From contig NC_082713.1 in assembly GCF_030144855.1 (NCBI RefSeq), positions 75,702,001-75,766,000 of the forward strand: a stretch of DNA of 64,000 nt, read 5' to 3'. The stretch's first letter is position 1; each line of letters opens with the position of its first letter. The stretch is from Hypanus sabinus (Eukaryota). The position numbers and the translations under genes are program-made. The notes under the pieces are model-generated. The model saw only the letters and a list, made by a program, of their open reading frames with translations. It was not told where the DNA came from and did not search any database. Below are positions 1 through 12,211 of this stretch, one piece after another.

Positions 1-609
1 ATGTCCTACTGCACAGACCCTCCAGATCTGTAGCTCCATAGGAAATACATTCCTGCATCCAGCAACGTGCAAATGTTCTGAGGTCTCATTTGGTGATCAT
101 AGTTGGTGCAGAGGATGGAACATTACAAGGAAATAACGGCTCTCCTAGGCAGTCTCCTAGCTACTAAAAGATGCCTGACTGTATAGCCAGATGTGGTTTG
201 TGCTAGCAATATGATCCAGCTCCTGTTCTTCTGTGACTCTTTCAATGATAGTGACCCCCACAAGCAGACTCATCCACCTCCCCTTCCTTGTGCTCCTCTT
301 GTGGCTGCACTGCTGAAATCGGAGAGCGTACAGCAAAGAGTCACAATGGCTCCACACCTGCTGGACTAGGGTAGTGCACAGAACCTGGCCTGGTGTAGAC
401 AGTGGTCTCCACTTGCTGGTGATGTGAGTATGGTAGTGTAGGTCTTGTAGTAATATGTAACTAGATAGAGCAGTCGACACTAACCATTGCACCCAACTGT
501 ACTAATTCCATTAGGTCCACAGCCTTCCATGCCCTGGTGGTTCAAGTCCCAATGTTTATTCACCAGTCTGCTGAAGTTGCCTGTTACTGTAGACTCCCTA
601 AATTAACAA

Positions 610-1075
610 TCTGGCATGGAGGCTGGATCAGCAGATATACTTAAGGTGTAATGTGTGCCACAAACAACAGCTACTTGGATCTTGAATGAGGAGAGACCAT
701 TTAACTCAATAAACTGATTAGAAAGGCTGGCTCTGATATAGGAGTCAAACTGGACACACTGAAGGCTGCAATAGAACAAGAGAACCCTATGGAAAATCCT
801 GGCAATTCTGGACAATGTTTCTCACCCTCAATGTTTCAACCTTAGCTGAACAGAGGAACACTTTCAGTAACAGACTAAGACAACTGCGCTGCTCCAAAGG
901 CCATTAGTCTCTATAAAGAATTATCCTAAAGCTGGGGAAGTGATGATACCCTCCTGTTTGTGGTAACTTATTTTTTATTATTTCTACTTCTCTCTTAATA
1001 TTTGTATCTGTGCACTTGTAATGCTATGGTGACATTGTAATTCCATCTGGGATCAATAAAGTATCCATCTACCTA
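610..1075 (+). mobile_element. Rex1/Babar-type LINE 3' fragment
   Basis: Homologous to the - strand copies at 33880 and 37070 (LNKLIRKAGS.IGVKLD); ends gggatcaataaagta. Confidence 0.7.
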
Positions 1076-3835
1076 CAAAAAAACATTTGAGTTCCTTGCT
1101 TAGACACGAGAGTGCAGTCCTGCTTTTAGCCTTCTGTCTTGGTTTTTGTTGGTGCCCCTCCCAACCAGATTCAATCTCTAATCCTTCCTCCAGCTCCTCT
1201 TCCCTCCCCTGATCTTGGTAGCCTGGATATTGGGAAAGGCCCAATCACTTCATCTCCACATCTAGACGAGCCCAGATCATGGACTGTAAGCAGCTGGAAT
1301 CAGATTGCCACGTATCTCATTAATGGTCGCCATGTCAAAAGGGAGCTTTCAGAGATACTGCTCTTCAGAGAAGTTAAGAGAGAACCACATGACTTTGAAA
1401 ATTCCCTGGGGATTGAGTCTTCACACACGTGCATCCTTCTGCTTTCTCCCCTGGGTCCTCAACGCTGCCTTCCCCACAGGCAATGCTCATACTGAAACTC
1501 CTGTTCTACAGTACTGCTAGCAGCTGAACCACACACACACACACATCCTTTAAAATAGCCAAGTAGGGGTTGATTGCTCCAAAATGTGCAGGCTGTTAGT
1601 TCTATCGAAAGGCAAGCATGTGAAATGTTTTGGCACAGCCACCAGTGAAATTTGGTGCTCTGTTGTGAAGATTCCCATGATTAGCTAAGTTACCCTCTAA
1701 ATGGCCAACACGCTAGATACCAGATTGGGATCTCTTTATTCATGATGGCTGACGACAGACATTTCTGCACCAGTAAACTCCAGCTTATGTTGGAAACAGT
1801 GTCAAGAGTTGTTACACAAAGATTTATGCCACTACATATGTGTAGTGTAGGCCTCCATTAATCTCAATAGACCATGGATTTTCACCTTGGAAAGTTTCCA
1901 GGGCAGTGTTGTTTTTTTATGGAAGACCGACAATGCAAGTCTCCCCTCTCCACGCCACCGATGTTGTCCAAGGGAAGGGCATTAGACTACGTATGTACCT
2001 GGTGCTGGAAAAAAACATTAGGCTGGCTGGATAGGACCCTGACTGGACACGCTCACACCCACACACAAAAACACAAGAAACTAGGAGTAGGAGTCGGCCA
2101 CTCACCTGCTCAGCCACTCAGTACGATCAAGGCTGATATGCGCCAGCCTCAACTGCTCATGGTTGCCATTTCCCCATAACCTCAATCTTTCACTTATTTA
2201 TCTATCTCCACCTTAAGCATATCTAACGTCATATACATCTAATATATCCACTACCCTCAGGGGCAGAGAGTTCCAGAGATTTGCCAAGCTCAGACGGAAG
2301 AAATTTCTACATACCCTTGCTTTTAATCTTCGTGTACCATCATTTTAATTAAAAAGCAGCCAGTGGCATATGATCAAAACTCTGGGCATTTATCAAAGTT
2401 AGAGGGGAGTGTATATGGGGCAAGAGGAGGACTAAGGTACTGGGTAATTCCTCAGGCAAAGAGCATATCAAAATACCCCGAGGCAATTCAGAGCGTTATA
2501 TGTCTATACACTCTGTGAGTAAGGGCAGCATTGTGTATCCCAGGGCAACGGGGCTCAATAGACCTGAAACCCTGTTGAATTTGCTGACCATGATGAAGCT
2601 GCAGTTGTGGCAGGAATATAACAAGTTTCCTGTTCCTGATTTCGCTGCTGCTCCAGAGGAGCAACTTCTGTGCAGAATATTGGAATTGGTTATTATTGTC
2701 ACGTAGCAGCTACTGAGTAAGTGCAGTGCAGGAAAACAATACAGTGGAGACCAGACTGAGGTAGGTTGTAAGGTCAAGAGTCCATTTTATCGCACTAGGG
2801 AACCATTTTCTGTAGCTGTTGCATCTTACCTACATTGTTATTGTTTTCTTTTATTTTACTTCAATGCATTCTGTAATGACTTGACAGTAAGCAAGACGAT
2901 CCTTTCACTGATTCCTTTCTCGGTTTATGTGACAATAATAAACTAATTCTAATACTAGTTCCAATGTTATTGAGTGCAAGTGCAACTCTCTTTGGCTGCA
3001 ATAACTTGTAACCGTCTGCTGACAGTCATTGGGGTCAGGCATGAAGGCAAACAGTTTCACAATGTTAATGCCTTACAATGTCAGAAAGTTAGCCTTTCTA
3101 TATACTCTGTGTGTATGAGATCCACAAACTTACTCGGAGATCCTCCGGTCTTGTGCTTAAACCAAAGTCCGCTGCCTGATTACATATCTATTCCAGCCCT
3201 TGGGATGATTTATACAACCTATTGATTGCCTGACCCAATCCAAGCAGCACATCCAGACAGAAGATTTGGTTTAAGAGTCCTCTGATTATTAATCAGGAAA
3301 AGTAGAGCAGACTTTTCCTGGTTCTAGGTCCTCTCCAACTTCAGGATGTCCCAGGGCTGCACTTCTGAATTTCTAATCATTATTATTTGGTACAAGAAAA
3401 TACCAGGTTGTGCACAGAAAATCTGCACAAACTTCAGTGTGCTATTGACATGGTAAACAGTTTGCTAAATATGTTGGTTAATAGAGGGAACTCTCACCTC
3501 TGCTGCAGCGGATTAGTTGTTAGATCTCTCAACTCTGCTGTTGAGGGCTGTGGGAACAGTTCCTGAGAATACTACTGTAGATAAGACTTTAAGGGAATCT
3601 AGGAGAATGGGGAGGAAGGTGTTGTTTGGATCAAGGATTAGCCGTGGTTTATCTAAGCAGTTCATGCCTCCTCCTTCCCTCATTTCTTACACTTGTATAA
3701 ACCTGCAAGGATAAGCTGGTATTTTAGTTTAATAGCTCCTTTAACTCACCTCTGTCACTGGGGTCATTCCCTGCACTGACTGAAAGAAGGCTTACATTAT
3801 AGTTAGGAAGGAAATAATGTACTGAGGGTGAAACA

Positions 3836-4458
3836 TCTCCAAAGCGAGAGAGATGACCGTGTTAAAAACACAGTCCCACATTCCCTGTTTGAATAGCCAA
3901 AGAATAGGGGTTTTGTTTGCACATTCTCCAAAGCGAGAGAGATGACCGTGTTAAAAACACAGTCCCACATTCCCTGTTTGAATTGCCAAAGAATAGGGGT
4001 TTTGTTTGCACATTCTCCAAAGCGAGAGAGATGACCGTGTTAAAAACACAGTCCCACATTCCCTGTTTGAATAGCCAAAGAATAGGGGTTTTGTTTGCAC
4101 ATTCTCCAAAGCGAGAGAGATGACCGTGTTAAAAACACAGTCCCACATTCCCTGTTTGAATAGCCAAAGAATAGGGGTTTTGTTTGCACATTCTCCAAAG
4201 CGAGAGAGATGACCGTGTTAAAAACACAGTCCCACATTCCCTGTTTGAATTGCCAAAGAATAGGGGTTTTGTTTGCACATTCTCCAAAGCGAGAGAGATG
4301 ACCGTGTTAAAAACACAGTCCCACATTCCCTGTTTGAATTGCCAAAGAATAGGGGTTTTGTTTGCACATTCTCCAAAGCGAGAGAGATGACCGTGTTAAA
4401 AACACAGTCCCACATTCCCTGTTTGAATTGCCAAAGAATAGGGGTTTTGTTTGCACAT
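3836..4458. repeat. Minisatellite, 7 x 89 bp
   Basis: Units start at 3836, 3925, 4014, 4103, 4192, 4281 and 4370; identical except one A/T site. Confidence 0.97.
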
Positions 4459-4693
4459 TTGCTGAGGGTCCTGAAAACATCCAACACACTTAAGCAGCTC
4501 ACTCTATCCAGGGTGCACACAATTCAGGCAGAGGCACTGAACTGGTGATGAGGTTGCACAGGCAAGAGAGACCACAAAGGGTTAAACAGAAATACAGGCT
4601 TCACGACATACTCTCAGAGTAGACAGGGGAACTGAGAGAGTACCAGGACTCTCTCTCCACTATTCACTCAACATGGCTGAGGGCAGAAATACA

Positions 4694-5439
4694 TTGCAAA
4701 TGCATTCCGAGTCCTGCAGTTCCCCAAACGTAAACTGAGAGGAAAATGAGCTGATTACCAAAGATTAATTCACAAAAACACCACCAATGAGCAGACACAT
4801 TTGACTGAAATGTAGCACACAGGTTGTGAGCCTTCCCAATCCCAGAAAGAATCACCAATCCTTAACCTTTCTCTTACCTACAGACCGCCCATGAACGACT
4901 TCTATGATCAGCTGCACTCCTTCTCTCTCTCCCCTCTCTCTGTAACTAATTTAGTTTCTCAAACTAAGCAACTAAGCTCCACCTCATAGCTAGCTAAGTT
5001 CCTCATTCATTTAAATTATATTTTAAATAAACATTCCCCTGCTGCCCCCTCCAGTCTGATATTATGCATGTGGTGTGTTTATTACAACAGGTCAAAGTCT
5101 TCACTCCGAGCAGAGAGGTTGCTTACCTAAGCCTTCAGAACAAGTGAATCCCAAATTCATAGGCGAGGGAAGAGCATCATGGTTTAGGGATTCAGCTAAG
5201 CCCAAGTGAAGGGAAAACGAATAAAGCTGCAGTCACAAATATCCGGAACAAAACCAGAAACACTGGGATGCAGGGAATTCTGTGGATGCTGGATTGGGAA
5301 GGCTCACAACCTGTGTGCTACATTTCAGTCAAATGTATCTGCTCATTGGTGGTGTTTTTGTGAATTAATCTTTGGTAATCAGCTCATTTTCCTCTCAGTT
5401 TACATTTGGGGAACTGCAGAACACGGAATGCAGTTGCAA
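4694..5439. repeat. Inverted repeat, arms 4694-4842 and 5291-5439 (149 bp, about 5 mismatches), 448-bp spacer
   Basis: Direct reverse-complement comparison; the same peptide appears in ORFs 4664..4858(-) and 5206..5496(+). Confidence 0.95.
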
Positions 5440-5835
5440 CACACACAAACTGCTGGAGGAATTCAGGCAGCGTCTATGGAGGTGATATACAGTTGACGTC
5501 TTTGGTCAAGACCTTCATAAGGACTGGTAAGGAAGGGGGCAGAAGCTAGAATAAGAAACTGGGGAGAGGGGAAGGAATACAAGCTAGTAGGTGGTAGGTG
5601 ACACTGAGTGAGGGGGAAGGTGGGTGGGAGAAGGATGGTGAAGTAAGAAGCTGGGATGGGATAGGTGGATGATAAAAGGGGCTGAAGAAGAAGGAATCTA
5701 ATAAGGGAGGGCAGGAGACCATGGAAGAAAGCGAAGGAGAAGGGGGAAATGATGGGCAGGTGAGAAGAGAAAAGGTGAGAGGGTAAACAGAATGAAGAAT
5801 GCTACAGGAGAGAAGGAGGGAAGGGGAAGTACTTA
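5436..5835 (-). mobile_element. Penelope-derived terminal element (purine tract and degenerate hammerhead motif)
   Basis: Reverse complement ccagtccttatgaaggtcttgaccaaagacgtcaactg...cagcagtttgtgtgtgttgc matches the copies at 17800 and 26280. Confidence 0.7.
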
Positions 5836-6349
5836 TCAGAATGTGCTTTCAAAGAATTATGGATCAGTATTCCCAGATCCCTCTGTCCTACCACATTCTT
5901 CAGTGCCCTCTGCCACAGGGTCTGCACACCCTCTCAGGAAGGGTGCAATAGGATTAGCAATCCTGCTTGTGAGTATGCACATTCTAGCCAAATAGTGTTT
6001 CATTGTGGTGGTATTTAACTTCCTTCCTGTTGTTTCAGTCTTGTTAGGACTTGGCCAAAAGCACAGCAACATCTACACTCCCTGCTTCCCTTCATCCTCA
6101 TTCCAGGAAAGAAGACTACCATTTTGACTGACGTTGTAATGGACTAGTATTCATTTAGTAATAAGTTAGTGCTTCTTAGCCACAGGGTTGATGCTAGCTT
6201 TCAGTTTGAGAATTTTAGTTAATGGCCCTGTTGGCCTAGTGTTTATTGTTTTTTTTTCCTTTTTCCTGCACAGTTCTTACTAAACTCAGTGAACTATTCA
6301 TCTACTTCAGGGTCTCTGCCTCTACACTTGGGCCATGACCACTCACTTC

Positions 6350-6930
6350 TGTCAGCCCAGCCACTGATTCCCACCCTGGTTTGTCCTCCCTAAGTGCAAC
6401 ACCTCACACTTGCCAGAATTAAGTTCCATGTGCCATTTTTCAGCCCATTTTTCTAGCTGGTCCATATCCTTCTGTCCACTGTCCACTACACCCCCAATCT
6501 TGGTGGCATCCTTAAATTTGCTGATCCAGTTAACCGCGTTATCAACTACACTGATATAGATGACAAACAGCAATGGACCCACCACCAATCCCTTCAGCAC
6601 ACCACTAGCCACAGGCCTTCAGTCAGAGAGGCAACCATCTACTACCACTCTCTGGCTTCTCCCGAGAAGCCAATATCTCATCCAATTTACTACCTCATCT
6701 TGAATGCCAAGCAATTGAACCTTCTTGACCACTCTCCCATGCAGGACCTTGTCAAATGCTTTGCTGAAAACCATGTAGACAACATCCACTACCTTTCCTT
6801 CATTAACTTTCTTGGTAATCATCCACAAAAATCTCTATAAAATTGGTTAAACATGACCTATCACTCACAAGGCCATGTTGAATATCCCAATCAGTCCCTG
6901 ACTATCCAAATACTTGGACATATCCGGTCC
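6350..6930 (-). mobile_element. CR1-type LINE reverse transcriptase fragment
   Basis: VDVVYMVFSKAFDKV, GPLLFVIYI, ISKFKDATKIGG. Confidence 0.85.
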
Positions 6931-6934
6931 CTTA

Positions 6935-9000
6935 GCTGTGTTGTCAGTAAATTTCTAGATGGAGTGACATGGAACAAGAAGCTTATGATGAACACTACAC
7001 ACTGAACATAGGAGTTTTGCAAAGTGATTGCACAGCCTGTGTTTGGTTTCTCCAGACCAAACTGAGAACAATAAATGCAGGAGACATAAATATTTGCAGA
7101 TACTGGAATCTATGTCTTCCCTATCATTGCAGGGGATTTCAACCAGGCCAGCTTGAAGAAGTGTTTCAAGAACAAATAGTAACATATCACCTGTGGAACC
7201 GCACTTGCCTACTGTTATACCAGCAATGAGACACTTACCAGGGGCGTCCCACATCGACACTTTGGAAAGTCTGATCACCTGGCAGTACTTCTACTCCCAG
7301 TTTAAGCAGAGAATGAAGATCTCAGTACCAGTGATGAGGACCAAAAGAGTATGGTCAAGGGAGGCAGAGGAGCACTAATGGAAATGCTTTGAGTTGGTAG
7401 ACTGGACAATATTCAGGGCTTCATCTTCGAATCTGAAAGGATATGCCATAGTTGTCACCAACTTCATCCAGACCTGTGTGGACTGAATGTATGCCTCTGA
7501 GAATATATTGGACATACCCAGACCAAAAGCCATGGATGAACCAAAAGATCCACAGTCTGCCGAGGGCTAAATTTGTAGTATTCAAGACTGGTAATGCAGA
7601 ACTGTGCAAGAAGTCCAGGTACGACTTATGGAAGCCTATTTTAAGAGTGAAAAAAATTCCCTATTGAGGCTAGAGAGCAAATCAGATGTACATCAGCTCT
7701 GTCAGAACTTGCAGGCCATTACTTTCTACAGCAAAACCTGATATCATAAATGGCTGTGATGCTTCACCCCCAGATGAGCTCAACTCCTTTCATGCATTCT
7801 TTGAAAGACAGAGTAAAACTACCTCTGTGATAATCACTGCAGCATCTGGTGACCCTGTGATCTGTCTCAGAAGTTGATGGCAGAACATCCTTTAAGTCGT
7901 CACTCTTGAGTTTGGATTACAGTAGAAAGTGAATGAATTAGGGGTAGTGATTGTTCTGATGGTAGGTGTTTGATGTAGAATGCTCTCCCTCTCTGTCTCT
8001 TCCTGTTTTACTTCTGATGTCCAGTTTTTGCTGCCGTTGCTTTTCAACTTGTGTTAGTATTGGGATTTTGGTTATGCCTTCCGCTTGCTGTTCAAATAAA
8101 TCTCAATGCAAACTGAATAAGCCAACAATAATAAACCTGAAGCTGATTCTGATGATTATGTCATCAGCATGCCATCCAAATTTTTGACAAGCTTCTATAG
8201 GTTTTTGGTGGAGAGTATATTCACTGGCTGCATCGCAGCCTGCTTTAGAAATGCCAATGCCCTTGAATGAAAGAGCCAACAAAAAGACATAGATACAGCC
8301 CAGTCCATCACGGGTAAAGTCCTCCCCACCATTGAGCACTGGCGTGGTAGCGTAGTAGCTAGCACAATGCTTTGCAGTACAGGTGACCCAGGTTCAATTC
8401 CTGCTGCTGACTGTAAGGAGTTTGTATGTTCTCCCCGTGTCTGTGTGGGTTTCCTTCGGGTGCTCCAGTTTCTCCCCACAGTTCAAAATCTATCGGTTGG
8501 TAAGTTAATTGGTCATTGTAAATTGTCCTGTGATTAAATCAGGTGTGCAGCGTGGCTTGAGGGAGCCAGAAGGGTCTATTCTGCGCTGTATCACAATAAA
8601 TAAATAAATAGATAAATCTACGTCTGACACAGGAAAGCAGCATCCATCATCAGAGACCCCAACATGCTGTACATGCTCTCTTTGCACTGCTGCCATCAGG
8701 AAGGAGGCACAGAAGCCTCAAGACCCATACAACCAAGTTCAGGAACAGTTATTACCCCTCAACCATCGGGCTCTTAAACCAAAGGGAAGAACTTCACTAA
8801 CCCCATCACTGAACTGTTCCCACAGCCTATGGACTCAATTTCAAGGATTCTTCATCTCATGTTCTTGATATCTATCACTCATTTATTATTATTTTGCTTG
8901 AGTTTGTCTTGTTGTATTAACTGTAAATGCCCACAAGAAAATGAATCTTAGTGTTGTATATGGTGACATACATGTAGTTAGATAATAAGATTTACTTTGA
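6935..9000 (+). mobile_element. Degraded Rex1-type LINE pieces with a nested V-SINE
   Basis: AGDFNQA, FGKSDH and QKPWMN remnants; 3' end with the family tail near 8990. Confidence 0.65.
8339..8617 (+). mobile_element. tRNA-derived V-SINE (HE1-like)
   Basis: A box, B box ggttcaattc (8391-8400), V-domain gagtttgtatgttctccccgtgtctgtgtgggtttcc, (AAAT)n tail. Related copies at about 21985-22220(+), 25130-25340(-), 49100-49270(-), 48725-48790, 55960-56020 and 58140-58470(+). Confidence 0.75.
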
Positions 9001-9469
9001 ATTTGATATGCTGTGTTCAAAGATTTCAAGGTCATGTTTCCATTTTTGGATATTAGCCAGGGGTAGTAATTCTGCTATTTATATTCATAGTTTCACTTGA
9101 CCCATTACCACTCACTGTTACCTTTCATAGTCCCTTTTATTGTTTTTCCCTCTTGCCTTCCTATCACATCTCTGTTTGTTGTTTCCTCTCAATGATCCTG
9201 TCTGTTTACACTTCTATATCTGGTTTGGAAGAAAGCCCATTGACTCCAGATGTTGATGTCTTTTCACTGCCCCTCCCCCAAAGATTCTGCCTCCACCATC
9301 TTCCTCTGAAGGCACCAACTTTCTCATCTTTTCCCTGAAGGTACCAACTCCCTCCCATTCCTTGAGTGTGCTGACATTTCAATCCACTACAGATTTGATT
9401 CTCCACAGATGCTGCCTGATCTGTAGAGTACTTGCTGACTTTCTTCAGATACTTCTGTTGTTAATAGCC

Positions 9470-9590
9470 TGCCTTGTGGAAGAGCAGTAGAGCTTTTCAT
9501 GATATTTGCTCCTCAGTTGATGACACGAGAACAGATTATTATCACATTGCTGGTCCCGTGAGCTTGCTGTGCACAATTTGGTTGTTATCT
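9470..9590 (+). mobile_element. Ancient DeuSINE (SacSINE1/AmnSINE1-type) central-domain remnant
   Basis: acagattat..tatcacattgctg...gagcttgctgtgcacaatttgg resembles the recalled Deu domain; a second, more decayed copy at about 3340-3560 (-). Confidence 0.5.
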
Positions 9591-11974
9591 TTTGATAAAG
9601 AAATTTCAACCTGTAACTTTAACACTTCTCTCTCTCCACAATGCTGCAGGATTTGTTGAAAGTTTCCAGCATTTTCTATTTTTGTTCCATATTTCCAACG
9701 TCTGCCATTTTTTAAAATTGCAAAACTAATTTGTAATTGTTTCACAAACAACAGCACAGCAACTTGCAGCTACCCTAATACTACAGCACAGAAGTACAGA
9801 ACTGAGTCCAAAGCTCCTTGGTTAGTTTTGACATGATAAATTTGTGCATAGAAGCCAAGAAAAGATTCTGGTCAGAACATTTGTTTCCTGCGATAGTGCC
9901 TTATCTTGCCTGGGGCAAAATTCTACTTGGAGTGTTTCTGACTACAGATCACTATTTGTAAATTTAAGTCAAACATAATAATAACTAATTACATGCTGGA
10001 AGGGCCTAACCAAATTAGAAAAGTAATTTGGCTTCCTCAATTCATTAAGGTTAAGAATTGGGGCTTCTACATGCTATGATTGGATTATAATACAAGAGAG
10101 TTTAATACTTTATGGTATCAATATTACAGTGTTTCAACAGATCTACACCAGTAAACGCCAGCCATCCACACTGGACAAGTGGTCTCGGGTTTGAATCCAG
10201 CCAGCTCCTTGCACGCTTTCCATCCATGCTGGGTTGGACATTGAGTAGCATCACAACCTCATAAAAAACAAAAATGCTAAAGAAACGCAAGGTTGCCAGC
10301 CGATAAACCACAAGGCACAGAAAGTAACAACACTAGTAAAGGAACAGTAAATATTTTATGTATGCAAATGAACCCAAATTAGCCAACCATACAAGCAAAT
10401 TGTTATTTTGTAGGAAGATTTACATTTCCATAATTCTTTCTCAATAAGTGTCTGCTTGCCTTTTGATTGGTTGCTCTATACCGGGGGGGGGGGGGGGTGG
10501 AGAGCCTGCTGCTGCACCTGGAGAGTGTTGCCAGGCTGTTTCTGCACTTTGGATGTGAACTTGGACTAGAGACTGTTTTCTCAGTCTTATAGTATTTTTA
10601 TTGTGTTTTTCACTCAATCTTCTCATTTTTCTTGTGCAGAATGGGGAATTTGGGGGTCAATGAGCCTGATCTGTGTAGTTCATTTTTTGTGCAGGAGGAG
10701 ATATTTGGGGGTCAATGTTCCTGATGTGTTTTGCTGGGTTTTTGTTCAGAAGGGATTTGGGTGTTGATGTGCCTGTCTGTTTTGTTTTTTTTTGTGGGGA
10801 GGGAGGATTTGGGGCTTGATGATCATGCCATCTGTCTTTTCTTTCTTGGTTTCATGGATACCTGGAGAACTGAAGAACTTCAGAGTTGTATACTTTGATA
10901 ATAAATGAACCTTTGAACATTTTAGCCATTCTGGGAGTGCATTATTCTTTGCAATGGAAGTGACTGTATGTGCATTAGTAAAATTAAAAAAATAAGACTT
11001 TCATAATTACAGAAGGTTAATAGGATGTGCTATAACCTCTAAAGGTGACTCACAACAGTTGGAACAAGGAGATTGCATAGTCAAAGGTGTGTGAGATGGA
11101 TCATGAGGCAAGGAGAGATTTTCAGGGTTTAGGGCTGTAATGGTCAGAAGTTCTTCCAGTAACCGAACGGCAGGGCTGTGCTAGATGTGACTAAGCATGA
11201 TTGGAATCAGATTCCTATCAGGCTGAACTCCAGAGCCACTCTGACGTGCTGTGCATTAGAATGTATAGTACACAGTGCATTATCTATCCAGCAGCTCACT
11301 CTGTCCTTTCAGTTGGTTCCACCTTCCTGGGTCTGGCAACAGTTTTTCCATTTTTAAGTAATACCCTACTTCTGTCTTGCAAGTTAATACTGAATCAGCA
11401 TCCGTCACCCTTTCATGCTGACCCTCTGACAGGAACAGAGCTCCTAGACTACACTTGTTGAAACATTCGGGGTCCGGGAGTGCTGTGCAGAATGGAGGTG
11501 GAGGGGTCCCGGGAGAGAATGAAAGTGGTTGGCATGGATCATGCTGCACCCACAAAGCTCTGTCATCAGCAGCAGTAACCTGGCCCAAGTATCACTCCCT
11601 TCGGCATCACTGTCATTCCAGGAAAACAACCCAGACTGAATACAGTCTGCGGAAAGGCATGCTGAGAGTCGAGGCAGATGTAGCCAATCGTCAGGTTTAT
11701 TAGCACTGACATATGGAACAAAAAACAGTACAGCTCAGGAACAGGCCATTTGGTGCACAATGTTGTGCTGAACCAGCTATAAAGCAAATCAAAAACCCCG
11801 AAACACAAATCCCTCCTACCTACACCAGGTCCTCCATCTTCCTTGCATCCAAAGTTTTATAAGTCATGAAATTTGCTGTTTTTGGCCAACAGTATAGCAC
11901 AAGGTATAAAATATACCCTGTTTAAAAAATAAATAAATAAAAATTCAAAGTAAATTTATTATTAAAGTACATGT

Positions 11975-12211
11975 TGTGGCGACCCATTTCCTGGCACACC
12001 CGAACCGGCTCACAATTAACCACCGTTCCGGCTAAGGGAGATAGCCTACGGGGGTTTGTGAGTACGTGTCTTTTGGAGCATCTGCGCCCACGGGGGGCGG
12101 GTTGAGGGAGGCTTTAAAGCAAGGCTGTTTAGTTCGAATAAAGTTATCTTTGACTGCAGTTTACCGACTCCTGTGTCGTTATTTTAGCGCTGCGTGTAGC
12201 ACACCGCTACA
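11975..12211 (+). mobile_element. Short solo LTR (237 bp) with 4-bp TSD ATGT, inserted in a LINE tail
   Basis: atgt|TGTGGCG...CGCTACA|atgt; internal TTTAAA and AATAAA; CpG-rich. Confidence 0.8.

Noticed and set aside
3862-4548. Repeated 60-100 aa ORFs
   Set aside because: Artefacts of the 89-bp array
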